Shown: in pieces, positions 27,331 through 36,964 of the stretch
Numbering within the stretch: position 1 is the stretch's first letter
Layout: each line of letters opens with the position of its first letter
Source of the DNA: Alphaproteobacteria bacterium
GTDB lineage: Bacteria; Pseudomonadota; Alphaproteobacteria; UBA6615
Assembly (NCBI GenBank): GCA_022449545.1
Contig: JAKUPN010000006.1
Coordinates: 13-64,012 of the forward strand
Reading direction: 5' to 3'
DNA: 64,000 bases
Notes under the pieces: generated by a model
What the model was told of the DNA's origin: nothing
The model's input: the letters and a program-made list of their open reading frames with translations, nothing else
Databases searched by the model: none
Translations under genes and position numbers: made by a program

Positions 27331-28365
27331 ATGAGCCAACGAATTGCTGTTTTAGGCACTGGAGCAAATGGTGCCTCAATTGCTGCAGATTTAATTATAG
27401 CAGGATTTGACGTTGTTCTAATTGAACAATGGCCAGAACACGTTCAAGAGATGAGAAGATCAGGTATTCGCATTGAAATGCCTGAAGAGGTCTTAGAGAC
27501 CCCTGTAGAAGTCTATCATTTATGTGAGGTGTGTAGCTTTGATTTCCAATTCGATGTCGTTCTTCTTGTTATGAAGGCATATGATACTATTTGGGGGTGT
27601 CAATTAATAAAGCCATATTTAAAGGATGATGGTGTTTTGGTTGGCGTTCAAAATGGTATGACTACTGATAATATAATAGAGGTTGTTGGAATTGATCGTA
27701 CCATGGGGTGTGTTATTGAGATTTCTTCCCAGATGTTTTTACCAGGAGTAGTAGAAAGACAGTCATCACATGACCATTCTTGGTTTGCAGTTGGAGGCTT
27801 ATCCAATCAGAGTAGGAAACGTGAGCTTGAAATTAAAAAGTTGCTATCTCATTCGGGAACTACTGTGATTTCATCAGATATTCAATCAGCAAAGTGGATG
27901 AAAATTATAAGCAATTGTACTACGTTAGGTACAACAGCTGTATTTGGGGTACCCATAGCTGAGGCTGCTTCAAATCCAGTCATGAGAGACATAATGATCA
28001 AATCAGGCTTAGAGGCATTAGATGCCGGTCTAGAAAAGGGATATCGACTTGAACCTATATTCGGTCTTTCCGAAAAGGAGGTCAGCGATTCCAACCAGCT
28101 AGTAGAATTGCTTCTTAATAAATTAACAAGCACTTACATATTACCCCAAACTATTACGACAGTTTTACAGGATCATATGAAAAATAGAAAAAGCGAGGTT
28201 GAGAACGTTAATGGTTGGGTTGTAGAGGAACGACATAGTGTAGGAAAAAAAGCACCGGTAAATATGGCAATTTTAAAAGTTTCAAAATTAATAAAGAATG
28301 GTGAGCTTGAACCTGATCCTTCAAATGTTGGTTTAATAAAGGATTTGGTTAAAGATGAGCAGTAA
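27331..28365 (+). CDS. 2-dehydropantoate 2-reductase (ketopantoate reductase, ApbA/PanE) family oxidoreductase
   Basis: From MSQRIAVLGTGANGASIAADL (Rossmann), with a C-terminal ApbA_C-like region. The open frame begins at 27280, but the N-terminal motif argues for the ATG at 27331. Confidence 0.7.
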   Translation: MSQRIAVLGTGANGASIAADLIIAGFDVVLIEQWPEHVQEMRRSGIRIEMPEEVLETPVEVYHLCEVCSFDFQFDVVLLVMKAYDTIWGCQLIKPYLKDDGVLVGVQNGMTTDNIIEVVGIDRTMGCVIEISSQMFLPGVVERQSSHDHSWFAVGGLSNQSRKRELEIKKLLSHSGTTVISSDIQSAKWMKIISNCTTLGTTAVFGVPIAEAASNPVMRDIMIKSGLEALDAGLEKGYRLEPIFGLSEKEVSDSNQLVELLLNKLTSTYILPQTITTVLQDHMKNRKSEVENVNGWVVEERHSVGKKAPVNMAILKVSKLIKNGELEPDPSNVGLIKDLVKDEQ

Positions 28366-28461
28366 AATTTAGTAATATAGGATAATAAAATGTTTTATAA
28401 TTTAATCCTTAAACAAGTAACAAACTGAATTAAGTTATGGCCGACATATTTTTTTAGTTAG

Positions 28462-29499
28462 TCAGTCCCAATTTTCGGCGTAACCAAAATTTCGAGCAGC
28501 ATACTCTGCGTGAAAGTCTTCAAATGTGATTGGTGGATATTTTTCAGGGTTACTCGCATCTTTGCAGGTTGGGAGGCACTTAAGAACAGTATCCACACTT
28601 GGGTAAAAGAAAAAGATATTAGAATAACGGCCCTCATTTGAGTCAGCTAATACTCTATGAGGGGTTGCTATGTATTTATCATTGATCCACCTGATAAGCG
28701 TGTTTCCTGTATTAACAAGAATTCCTTCAGGTATAACTGGTTGCTTAATCCAAGTGCCTGAAGGTGTCAAAATCTCTAACCCAGGTCGTGTGGCTGGAGG
28801 GATTAAAGAAAGAAATGATATGTCGGTATGGCCCGGTAGACTTATGTGGTTTTTCTCCTCTTTGATAGGAGGATAATAGGCAATTCGAGACATGGAACTC
28901 GATCTCTGAAAAAATGAGTTAAAATAGTTGGCAGGCATATCTAAGGATAATGCGAGAGGGGGTAGTAGTTTGTGAGCTAATGTTTCAAAAGCAATATGGA
29001 AATCCATAAATGAATTTCTAAGTCCTGGTGTAACTGATTCATCAGGCCATTTATTATGCCCCCTAAACCGTCTATTTTTACCAAAGTCGGGATCTGTCGA
29101 ATCTAAATCAAAAGTAAATTTATATGCTTCACTCAATTGAGGTTTGGTGGCAGTTTCTCTCTTCTCAAATGTGTCATTATGAACAGATACATTTGGCGGC
29201 ATATACCCACATTGATGTCTGTTCATTCTAACTTTTAGTTTTTCAGATTCAGGTAAATTAAAAAATTCCCTTGAGGAGATAAAAGTTCTTTCTACAATGG
29301 CGTTATCCATACCGTGATTTACAATAAACATAAACCCGATCTCAGTGCAGGCGTTATATATAGACTCAGCTACGATTGCTAGTTGACGATCATCTCCAGA
29401 GAGCATGGGGCCTATGTCTATAACAGGTATCTCCTGTTGGGTGTTATTATGTGATCTTCGTGAGTCTAATGACTGATCAGTATGTGATTGAATGCTCAT
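28462..29499 (-). CDS. 2-oxoglutarate/Fe(II)-dependent oxygenase (isopenicillin-N-synthase-like family)
   Basis: 345 aa. N-terminal DIOX_N (IPVIDIGPM...FMFIVNHG) and a C-terminal 2OG-FeII_Oxy region (HTDISFLSLI...PHRV). Confidence 0.8.
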   Translation of the reverse strand: MSIQSHTDQSLDSRRSHNNTQQEIPVIDIGPMLSGDDRQLAIVAESIYNACTEIGFMFIVNHGMDNAIVERTFISSREFFNLPESEKLKVRMNRHQCGYMPPNVSVHNDTFEKRETATKPQLSEAYKFTFDLDSTDPDFGKNRRFRGHNKWPDESVTPGLRNSFMDFHIAFETLAHKLLPPLALSLDMPANYFNSFFQRSSSMSRIAYYPPIKEEKNHISLPGHTDISFLSLIPPATRPGLEILTPSGTWIKQPVIPEGILVNTGNTLIRWINDKYIATPHRVLADSNEGRYSNIFFFYPSVDTVLKCLPTCKDASNPEKYPPITFEDFHAEYAARNFGYAENWD

Positions 29500-29755
29500 C
29501 TTTATTGTCCCCTAAAGAGCAACGTAAAACAGATTATATATAAATATTTAACTTCAGTGATCTTTCCTGCCTATAAATATGTATTATAAATATAAGATTT
29601 TATAAATAATAAACACAGTATTATCTAGAGAGATAAAACAATATAACATACAAATAAATTAGTACTTTATTTGTTAATGTATTTTAATCAATTGATTTTA
29701 TAATATATTAGTGTTTTTTTTTAATAGACGAATTTACTACTTATTAGTTAGTAAA

Positions 29756-30472
29756 ATGAATAAAAGTAATGATAAATTAGCACCTGTAGTATCAACGAAT
29801 GCTGAAGTAAAAGCTTTTCTGAATCAGGTGGCCAAGATTCCTAAGACTGGGAACGGTTCTCGGGGAAGATTGCTATTTGCCATAGACGCAACTCTGAGTC
29901 GAGAATCGACATGGGATTTAGCTTCTCAAATACAATCTGAAATGTTTATAGCTACCAAAGATCTTGGAGGACTAGAGGTGCAGTTAGCATTTTATAGAGG
30001 GTTTGGTGAAATGAAAGTTACAAAATGGCTTTCTGATCCTGATGAACTTGTAAAAAAAATGAATCTAGTTCGCTGTGTGGCTGGTCGAACACAAATTCGT
30101 AAGGTTCTTCGACATACTTTGAAAGAGACAAAACAGCAGAAAGTTAATGCTCTTGTATTTGTTGGAGATGTTATTGAAGAAGACATAGATGAGCTTGGTC
30201 ATTTATCTGGGCAGTTAGGGCTTATTGGAACTCCAGTGTTTATATTTCAGGATGGAGAGGAACCGATTTCAAAAAGAGGCTTTCAAGATATTGCTAGGCT
30301 ATCCAATGGTGCTTACAGTACTTTTAATGCTGATAGTGCGGCACAGCTAAGTGAATTATTACGCGCGGTTGCTGTTTTTTCTGCAGGAGGGGTTTCGGCT
30401 CTTACTAGTTATGGAAAAAAGATTGGGGGAAGGGCACTCCAAATTAGCAACCAGATGACGAAACAAAAATGA
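29756..30472 (+). CDS. hypothetical protein, possibly vWA-like fold
   Basis: About 238 aa from MNKSNDK; the open frame starts at 29711. LLFAIDATLSRES...ALVFVGDV resembles a degenerate vWA/MIDAS segment. Weak call. Confidence 0.45.
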   Translation: MNKSNDKLAPVVSTNAEVKAFLNQVAKIPKTGNGSRGRLLFAIDATLSRESTWDLASQIQSEMFIATKDLGGLEVQLAFYRGFGEMKVTKWLSDPDELVKKMNLVRCVAGRTQIRKVLRHTLKETKQQKVNALVFVGDVIEEDIDELGHLSGQLGLIGTPVFIFQDGEEPISKRGFQDIARLSNGAYSTFNADSAAQLSELLRAVAVFSAGGVSALTSYGKKIGGRALQISNQMTKQK

Positions 30473-30482
30473 AATTGACGTC

Positions 30483-31208
30483 ATGATTCCTGCCTTAATA
30501 TTAATTTTAGCCTTAATAATAGGGATTTATTTTATTGCTAAATGGTGGGTTCAAGCTGATCCTAAACAACTTATTTTGGCTCTTAGATGGGCAGGTATAT
30601 TACTAGCTGCTATTTTAGCAATAGCAATATTTTTATCTGGAAGATGGCATTGGTTGCCTGGTTTGTTCTTTTTCCTTTTGCCCTGGTTCTTAAGAGCAAG
30701 AACTTTTCAGACAATGAGAAAAAATGCTCGAGGTCCTACTGCAGGACAATCAAGCCACATTTCTACTAAATACCTGAATATGACACTTGATCATGATAGT
30801 GGTGAGATGACTGGTCAAATAGTAAATGGAATGTTTTCTGGAAAGAACGTTAGCGACTTAGACTTACCAAAATTGATTGATTTTTGGAGAGAGTGTGCCG
30901 AAGATGATGAGCAATCTCGTGTCGTTTTGGAGAATTATTTAGATAGGGATTTTCCTAATTGGCGTGAATTAGCTGGAATTGGCCCTCGTCATGAACAGTC
31001 ATATACTAGTTCTGATAGCCCATGGGCAGGCGCGTCAATGAGTTTGTCTGAGGCAAGAGAGATTCTTAACATTAATGATAATGCGTCAGAATCTGACATT
31101 GAAAAAGCTTATAGGAAAGCTATGAAAAGAGCTCATCCTGATCAAGGGGGCTCGGATTGGATGGCCGCAAAAGTAAACCAGGCAAAAGATATTTTGCTTA
31201 GTAAATAG
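30483..31208 (+). CDS. membrane-anchored J-domain protein (DjlA-like co-chaperone)
   Basis: 241 aa with two N-terminal TM helices and a C-terminal J domain carrying the HPD motif (EAREILNINDNASESDIEKAYRKAMKRAHPDQGG). Confidence 0.7.
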   Translation: MIPALILILALIIGIYFIAKWWVQADPKQLILALRWAGILLAAILAIAIFLSGRWHWLPGLFFFLLPWFLRARTFQTMRKNARGPTAGQSSHISTKYLNMTLDHDSGEMTGQIVNGMFSGKNVSDLDLPKLIDFWRECAEDDEQSRVVLENYLDRDFPNWRELAGIGPRHEQSYTSSDSPWAGASMSLSEAREILNINDNASESDIEKAYRKAMKRAHPDQGGSDWMAAKVNQAKDILLSK

Positions 31209-31321
31209 TAAAAATTCTATTTACTATTACTTGCGATTCCTCTTGCTGATATGGCAAAAGAAAAAGCTTATTTTAGTTTATATATAATTATCATTTGATT
31301 AACAGAAGTGGTGTTGTCTTT

Positions 31322-32191
31322 ATGACAGTAAAAGTTCGGAAAGCTATATTCCCTGTTGGGGGGTTGGGCACTCGCTTCCTTCCTGCAACTAAGGCGATGC
31401 CTAAAGAGATGCTACCAGTTGTTGATAAACCACTTATTGAATACGCGGTAGAGGAGGCACGTCAAGCAGGCATAGAGCAGTTTATATTTGTTACAGGAAG
31501 AGGTAAAGTTATCATAGAAGATCATTTCGATCATAGTTTTGAGCTGATTGAAGCTCTTAAAGGCAGGGATAAAAAAGTACAGCTAGATTCTCTTAGTTCG
31601 TCTAAGTTTGAACCAGGGCAAATTTCTTATGTTAGGCAACAGCAGCCTCTAGGATTGGGACACGCTGTATGGTGTGCCAGACATTTAATAAAAGATGAAC
31701 CTTTTGCTATTCTTTTAGCCGACGATTTAATTTTAAGTAAAGTGCCTTGTCTTAAACAACTAGTGCATGCATATGACGAAAATGGTGGTAACATTATTGC
31801 TGCTATGAACGTCCCTCCCGACCAAACATCAAGATATGGGATTATTGAAGCATCTAAATCAAAGGGGAACTTACACTACATAAAGAGTTTGGTTGAAAAG
31901 CCTGATCCTTCACATGCGCCTTCTAACTTAGCTGTCGTTGGAAGATATATTCTCAGTTCAGATATATTTAGTGAAATCAATAACGTAAAGCCTGGAATGG
32001 GAGGAGAGATACAACTTACAGATGCAATTTCACAGTTAATAGGTAGGCAAGATATATACGGGCTTACTTTCGAAGGAAAAAGGTTTGATTGTGGTGATAA
32101 ACTAGGGTTTTTAGAGGCTAATATTGCTTTTGCACTCGAACGAAGTGATCTAGGTGATTTTCGAACTGTACTTTCTAAATATGGAGGCTGA
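31322..32191 (+). CDS. galU: UTP--glucose-1-phosphate uridylyltransferase
   Basis: KVRKAIFPVGGLGTRFLPATKAMPKEMLPVVDKPLIEYAVEEA is the canonical GalU N-terminus. The open frame extends to the TTG at 31295. Confidence 0.9.
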   Translation: MTVKVRKAIFPVGGLGTRFLPATKAMPKEMLPVVDKPLIEYAVEEARQAGIEQFIFVTGRGKVIIEDHFDHSFELIEALKGRDKKVQLDSLSSSKFEPGQISYVRQQQPLGLGHAVWCARHLIKDEPFAILLADDLILSKVPCLKQLVHAYDENGGNIIAAMNVPPDQTSRYGIIEASKSKGNLHYIKSLVEKPDPSHAPSNLAVVGRYILSSDIFSEINNVKPGMGGEIQLTDAISQLIGRQDIYGLTFEGKRFDCGDKLGFLEANIAFALERSDLGDFRTVLSKYGG

Positions 32192-32194
32192 ACT

Positions 32195-33520
32195 TTGCGG
32201 ATAGTAATGGTAGGCGCAGGTTACGTCGGCTTAGTTTCTGGCGCTTGTTTTTCTGAGTTTGGATGGGATGTTGTCTGTGTTGATAATGATTCAACAAAAA
32301 TTGAGGCTCTTGTTCAAGGAAAATTACCTATTTATGAGCCAGGTTTAGATGATTTAGTAAAGCGAAGCGTGACAGAAGGAAGACTTAGTTTTTCCACTGA
32401 TCTAGCCTCTTCATTGATTGATGCCCAAATTATATTTATTGCAGTGGGAACTCCATCTCGAAGAGGTGATGGGCATGCAGATCTGTCTTATGTTTTTGAT
32501 GCCGTAAGTAATATTTCTATGTATGCAGAACCTAATGCATTGGTTGTAACTAAATCTACGGTGCCTGTTGGTACTGGTAGAGACATTCAAGAGCTACTTA
32601 ATAAAAAAAATCCTAATTCTAAGCTTCTAGTTGCAGCTAATCCAGAGTTTTTAAGAGAGGGCTCTGCCATTGAAGATTTTATGAGGCCAGACAGAATTAT
32701 TATTGGTGCTGAATGTGAAAAGTCTAAGAACCTAATGAAAGAGGTCTACAGACCATTGTTTTTGAAAGCTACACCAATTGTTTTTACATCTCTAGAGACA
32801 GCTGAAATGATAAAGTATGCATCTAATTCATTCTTAGCCACTAAGATTACTTTGATGAATGAATTTGCTGATTTATGTGAAAAAGTTGGAGCTAATATAC
32901 AAGATGTGGCGCGAGGGATTGGCCTTGATGGACGAATTGGAGGAAAATTTCTCAATGCAGGACCTGGCTATGGAGGATCCTGTTTTCCAAAAGACACTGC
33001 GGCAGTAGTTAAGACTGGCCAAGATATAAACTCACCTTTATCAATTGTGGAACAGGTTATTAAGGTAAATGAAAATAGAAAATTTTCTATGGTTCAAAAA
33101 ATTATTGATTCATTTGGTGGGTCTGTTTCAGGTAAGACTGTTGGTATTCTTGGGCTAACATTTAAGCCTAATACGGACGATATGCGAGATTCTCCTAGTT
33201 TGGTCATTATTCCAGAGTTAATTCGGGCCGGGGCAAATATAAAAGTTTTCGATCCGGAAGGTATGGAATCAGCCCACAATTATTTTACCAATTTAATTTG
33301 GTGTAACGACGCCTATGAAACAATGAAGGATTCTGATGCGCTAGTTATATTGACGGAGTGGAATCAGTTTCGTGCACTTGATTTGGAACGTATGAGATCA
33401 CTTTTAAGGACTCCGTTAGTCATAGATATGAGAAATATCTATAATCCTGAAGACATGAAAAGTGCTTTATTTGATTATATATCCATAGGACGCGAACCTG
33501 TTTATGGGTCTAAAGAGTAA
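32195..33520 (+). CDS. ugd: UDP-glucose 6-dehydrogenase
   Basis: 441 aa. MRIVMVGAGYVGLVSGACFSEFG, the GGSCFPKD catalytic Cys motif, and a C-terminal UDP-binding domain. TTG start. Confidence 0.9.
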   Translation: MRIVMVGAGYVGLVSGACFSEFGWDVVCVDNDSTKIEALVQGKLPIYEPGLDDLVKRSVTEGRLSFSTDLASSLIDAQIIFIAVGTPSRRGDGHADLSYVFDAVSNISMYAEPNALVVTKSTVPVGTGRDIQELLNKKNPNSKLLVAANPEFLREGSAIEDFMRPDRIIIGAECEKSKNLMKEVYRPLFLKATPIVFTSLETAEMIKYASNSFLATKITLMNEFADLCEKVGANIQDVARGIGLDGRIGGKFLNAGPGYGGSCFPKDTAAVVKTGQDINSPLSIVEQVIKVNENRKFSMVQKIIDSFGGSVSGKTVGILGLTFKPNTDDMRDSPSLVIIPELIRAGANIKVFDPEGMESAHNYFTNLIWCNDAYETMKDSDALVILTEWNQFRALDLERMRSLLRTPLVIDMRNIYNPEDMKSALFDYISIGREPVYGSKE

Positions 33521-33530
33521 GTGGTTGGCT

Positions 33531-34919
33531 ATGTCATTTCATTCCTTTAACCCCTCTATATTAAGAGAGTATGATATTAGGGGAATTGTTGGAGAAACAC
33601 TGTTTGATGATGATGCCCATATGTTGGGAATTACATTTGGGAGTTGTCTAATAAAAGCTGGAGGGAACAGTGTAAGTGTTGGATATGATGGAAGGTTAAC
33701 TAGCCCCAAACTCACTGAAGCCTTAATTGATGGTTTAATTTCATGTGGCCTTAAAGTATTCAATATCGGTCTGGGTCCCACACCTATGTTATCATTCTCT
33801 ACTCATCATCTTTCTTCAGATGCTGGCATAATGGTTACTGGGAGCCATAATCCAAAAACTTATAATGGTTTTAAACTTTCTTTGAAAGGCAAGCCTTTCT
33901 ATGGTTCTGATATCCTGTCTCTAGCTGCACTAGCCGAGTCTGGACATTTTATTTCTGGGAAAGGGGTGTTGGAAGAGGTAGACCTACAAGAAGACTATTT
34001 AAATCGATTAACAAGGGATTTTTCTAATCTTAGTTCTAGAGCTATAGCATGGGATCCAGGCAATGGTGCTACAGCTATTATTCTTAATAGGTTGTGTGAA
34101 ATTATTCCAGGTCATCACCATATTATTAATGGCTGCATCGATGGTAATTTTCCTAATCATCATCCAGATCCAACTATTCCAGAAAACTTAAACCAGCTGA
34201 TTGGATCTGTTCAAGATAACTCATGTGAACTAGGTTTTGGATTTGATGGTGATGGAGACAGAATAGGGGTGGTCGATTCCAAAGGAAGAATTATTTACGC
34301 GGATCAATTAATGATGTTTTTTGCTAGAGAAGTTCTAAATAGTCATCCTGGAGGTGCTATAATCGCTGATGTTAAGTCAAGCCAAGCTTTGTTTGATGAA
34401 ATAGAACGTTTAAATGGAACTCCAATTATGTGTGGCACAGGTCATTCCCGAATAAAGTCCAAAATGATTGAGATGTCATCGCCATTAGCAGGAGAAATGA
34501 GCGGCCATATATTTTTTAATGATAGATATTATGGTTTTGATGACGCTTTGTATGCTTCACTTCGTCTTCTCGCGTTTATGGACGTGACTGATACACCTCT
34601 TGACCAACTTTACGATGGATTACCTGTTTTGTTTAATACCCCTGAAATACGATTTCCTTGTCCCGAAGAAATAAAATTCAATGTGGTCGAACAATTGTCC
34701 AAAAACTTGGATGCAGCCACCATGGAGATATCTAGAATTGACGGTATAAGAGTAAAAACTAATGATGGCTGGTGGCTTTTAAGAGCATCAAATACACAAG
34801 ACGCTTTAGTTGCTAGATGCGAGAGTGATAACGAAATCGGACTTAAAAGGCTCAAAGAGGAATTAGTTATGAATCTTTCAGCTTTTGGCTTGTCGTTACC
34901 TAATAATATTACTGATTAG
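33531..34919 (+). CDS. phosphoglucomutase/phosphomannomutase (alpha-D-phosphohexomutase family)
   Basis: YDIRGIVGETL, the active-site Ser loop GIMVTGSHNPKTYNGFK, Mg loop FDGDGDRIG, and GEMSGHIFF. It overlaps the ugd stop if it starts at 33504; the ATG at 33531 is preferred. Confidence 0.85.
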   Translation: MSFHSFNPSILREYDIRGIVGETLFDDDAHMLGITFGSCLIKAGGNSVSVGYDGRLTSPKLTEALIDGLISCGLKVFNIGLGPTPMLSFSTHHLSSDAGIMVTGSHNPKTYNGFKLSLKGKPFYGSDILSLAALAESGHFISGKGVLEEVDLQEDYLNRLTRDFSNLSSRAIAWDPGNGATAIILNRLCEIIPGHHHIINGCIDGNFPNHHPDPTIPENLNQLIGSVQDNSCELGFGFDGDGDRIGVVDSKGRIIYADQLMMFFAREVLNSHPGGAIIADVKSSQALFDEIERLNGTPIMCGTGHSRIKSKMIEMSSPLAGEMSGHIFFNDRYYGFDDALYASLRLLAFMDVTDTPLDQLYDGLPVLFNTPEIRFPCPEEIKFNVVEQLSKNLDAATMEISRIDGIRVKTNDGWWLLRASNTQDALVARCESDNEIGLKRLKEELVMNLSAFGLSLPNNITD

Positions 34920-35009
34920 TAATTTTTATCGTATAATGAGTACTTTCCGACTCTATCCTGCTAAGGTATAGCTCTAATTATCTATTAACAACAGAAAGGA
35001 GGTGATCCG

Positions 35010-35096
35010 ATGTCTAACGGATTGGTGATGGCAAAAGCTAAATTACGAGGCACTGGTGATCCTCAACCGTTAGGTGGATATTTTTTAGACGCCTAG
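35010..35096 (+). CDS. candidate 28-codon small ORF (MSNGLVMAKAKLRGTGDPQPLGGYFLDA) preceded by a 14-nt perfect Shine-Dalgarno AAAGGAGGTGATCC
   Basis: The SD at 34995-35008 is fully complementary to the 16S 3' end, and the ATG lies 7 nt after GGAGG. The ORF sits in a 360-nt gene-free gap with a -10-like TATAAT at 34932 and a strong terminator at 35232. No known homolog, so the coding status is unproven. Confidence 0.25.
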   Translation: MSNGLVMAKAKLRGTGDPQPLGGYFLDA

Positions 35097-35231
35097 GTGT
35101 ATGAGGTTTACTGTAAAGGTGTATCGCATATTGGCACTGTGCACGAATAATTTCCAATTCATGCACTTGAAAGCCGTGGAAACTTTTTTTATATCAAAAA
35201 ATAATTCCTGATGATCACCTAACGTTTTCAA

Positions 35232-35268
35232 GTGTCGCCCTTACTTAATAGGGGCGGCACTTTTTTAT
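35232..35268 (+). terminator. Rho-independent terminator (plus strand)
   Basis: 9-bp stem GUGUCGCCC/GGGCGGCAC (one G-U pair), 11-nt loop, followed by TTTTTT. It terminates a plus-strand transcript that contains no annotated gene. Confidence 0.7.
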
Positions 35269-35280
35269 TATTGGAGTTAT

Positions 35281-35724
35281 TCATTTTCTTTTAACGAATA
35301 CAGAAGACTGGAGAGAAAATACGATCTCCTGATGCTGATTGGTTAAGTTTCCTGATGTAGTTACTATTCCTAGTTTTGGTCTACTATTAGAAGTTCTTTT
35401 ATTCACAATTACTAAACTCGCTCTTAGCGTGTCCCCTGATCTCACTGGATGGAGCCATTTTAGATGCTCAACACCAGGTGAACCCATGCTTTGTAAATCC
35501 AACAGAAGGCCATCACAAGCCAAACGCATCCAAATACTTGCTGTATACCAGCCACTAGCAATTATACCTTTGTATATTGAGTTTTTAGCGTGTATTTCAT
35601 CAATATGGATTGGCTGAGGGTCAAATCTCTCAGCGTAATTAATCATGGATTTATGATTTAAGGTATGGCTTCCTAAATCATATGTCTTTCCTATAATTAA
35701 ATCTTCATAAACTATAATTGACAT
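35281..35724 (-). CDS. MaoC-like (R)-specific enoyl-CoA hydratase / hotdog-fold dehydratase
   Basis: 147 aa. FDPQPIHIDEIHAKNSIYKGIIASGWYTASIWMRL matches the MaoC dehydratase motif. Confidence 0.75.
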   Translation of the reverse strand: MSIIVYEDLIIGKTYDLGSHTLNHKSMINYAERFDPQPIHIDEIHAKNSIYKGIIASGWYTASIWMRLACDGLLLDLQSMGSPGVEHLKWLHPVRSGDTLRASLVIVNKRTSNSRPKLGIVTTSGNLTNQHQEIVFSLQSSVFVKRK

Positions 35725-35785
35725 ACTCGTTATTTATACAAATTTAATAGTTAAATAAACTGGCCGAAAGAACTATTTTATTTGG

Positions 35786-36964
35786 CTATTCTGGAGTCAG
35801 TACAAAACACTTGCTTCCTTTAAAAAGAAGTTGTTTGCAAAGTGATCGTGCCGAACTCCCATCTAGGCCCATGAAGCGAACGCGAAATAGAGTCATTGAT
35901 TTATGGTTTTTAGGCTGAATTTTTAAAAAAGCATTCTCCGGAAGTCCCAAAAGTCGTTGAGCTGTATTACTGGCCGCAACATAGGCGTTATCGTATTTTT
36001 TAAAGGTGCCAATTTGTATGCCCCAATTCTTTTCATAATTATTACGATCAGTAATTTCTGTTTTTGATAACTTTATCGAATTGTTGAGTTTAGGTTTGCT
36101 TGATATCCATGGTTTAGGTATCGGATGAGCTGCCAGAGTGCTGAGGGCCTTTGCTTTATTCCAATTCCGATTAAAAAGCTTTCTCATGTGTCGATCTCGT
36201 CTGATAGAACTCTTCCCGCCAAAAACAACACCAATTAACCGAACTTTTCCTCTTATTGTAGAGGCAACCAAGTTAAAACCAGACGCACGGATGTATCCCG
36301 TTTTAATTCCATCAGTTCCCTTATAAGTTTTTAAAAGAGAGTTATGATTATGATACTTTTTACCCTTATAAACGAAAGATGGAGTAGAGAATAATTTATA
36401 ATATCGATCGTGTTTTGTTATTAAGGCTGTAGCTAGAATAGACATATCTTTTGCGGTAGTTTTTTGTCTTTTGTTATACAGTCCAGACGCATTTCTGAAT
36501 TCAGTTTTTTTCATACCTAATGAACGAGCTTTTTTCGTCATTTGTTTTGCAAAACGGATCTCGGTGCCACTTATCGATTCGGCGACAACAGTGGCTACGT
36601 CATTAGCAGATTTTATGGCTAGCGCATTTATAGCGTTTTTTACAGTGATGTATTCACCTGGTTTCAGTCCCAGTTTAGAAGCAGGTTGTCCTGCAGCTCT
36701 CTTTGAGACCCTTAATTGTTCATTTAACTTTAAGGAATTTTCCTCTAACGCATCAAAAACCATAAATAAAGTCATCATCTTAGTTAATGACGCGGGGTGC
36801 TTTAACTTATTAGCATTCCTAGAAAAAAGTGTTTTTCCACTATTAGCATCAACTATAATTGATGCGTACTTTGCAGAAGCAAGCGTTGGTATTGGGGCAG
36901 TAAGAACTACCGAAAGAAAAAATAATTTAAGATACGTTTTTATCTTTAAGTTATGAATTTTGAA
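35786..36964 (-). CDS. D-alanyl-D-alanine carboxypeptidase (S11, PBP5/6-like) with C-terminal SPOR domain; the signal-peptide region has no canonical start codon (possible ATA/ATT start or start-loss pseudogene)
   Basis: The open frame runs stop-to-stop 35786-36964. It encodes ...[25 protein letters not shown] (signal peptide) [39 protein letters not shown], which matches E. coli DacA ([28 protein letters not shown]). The first in-frame ATG/GTG/TTG is the MM after the catalytic SxxK, at 36778. The C-terminus [14 protein letters not shown]...FRVRFMGL is SPOR-like. Confidence 0.7.
   Translation of the reverse strand, partial: [392 protein letters not shown]

Noticed and set aside
34995-35008. 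AAGGAGGTGATCC as a fragment of a 16S rRNA 3' end (rRNA operon remnant)
   Set aside because: Identity to the complement of the 16S terminus stops right after GATCC. No rRNA-like sequence flanks it, and it sits 7 nt before an ATG, so it is a Shine-Dalgarno, not rDNA.
36471-36956. 161-aa plus-strand ORF upstream of the carboxypeptidase ATG
   Set aside because: The minus-strand frame here encodes a textbook signal peptide and an SxxK region homologous to DacA. The plus-strand ORF is the shadow.
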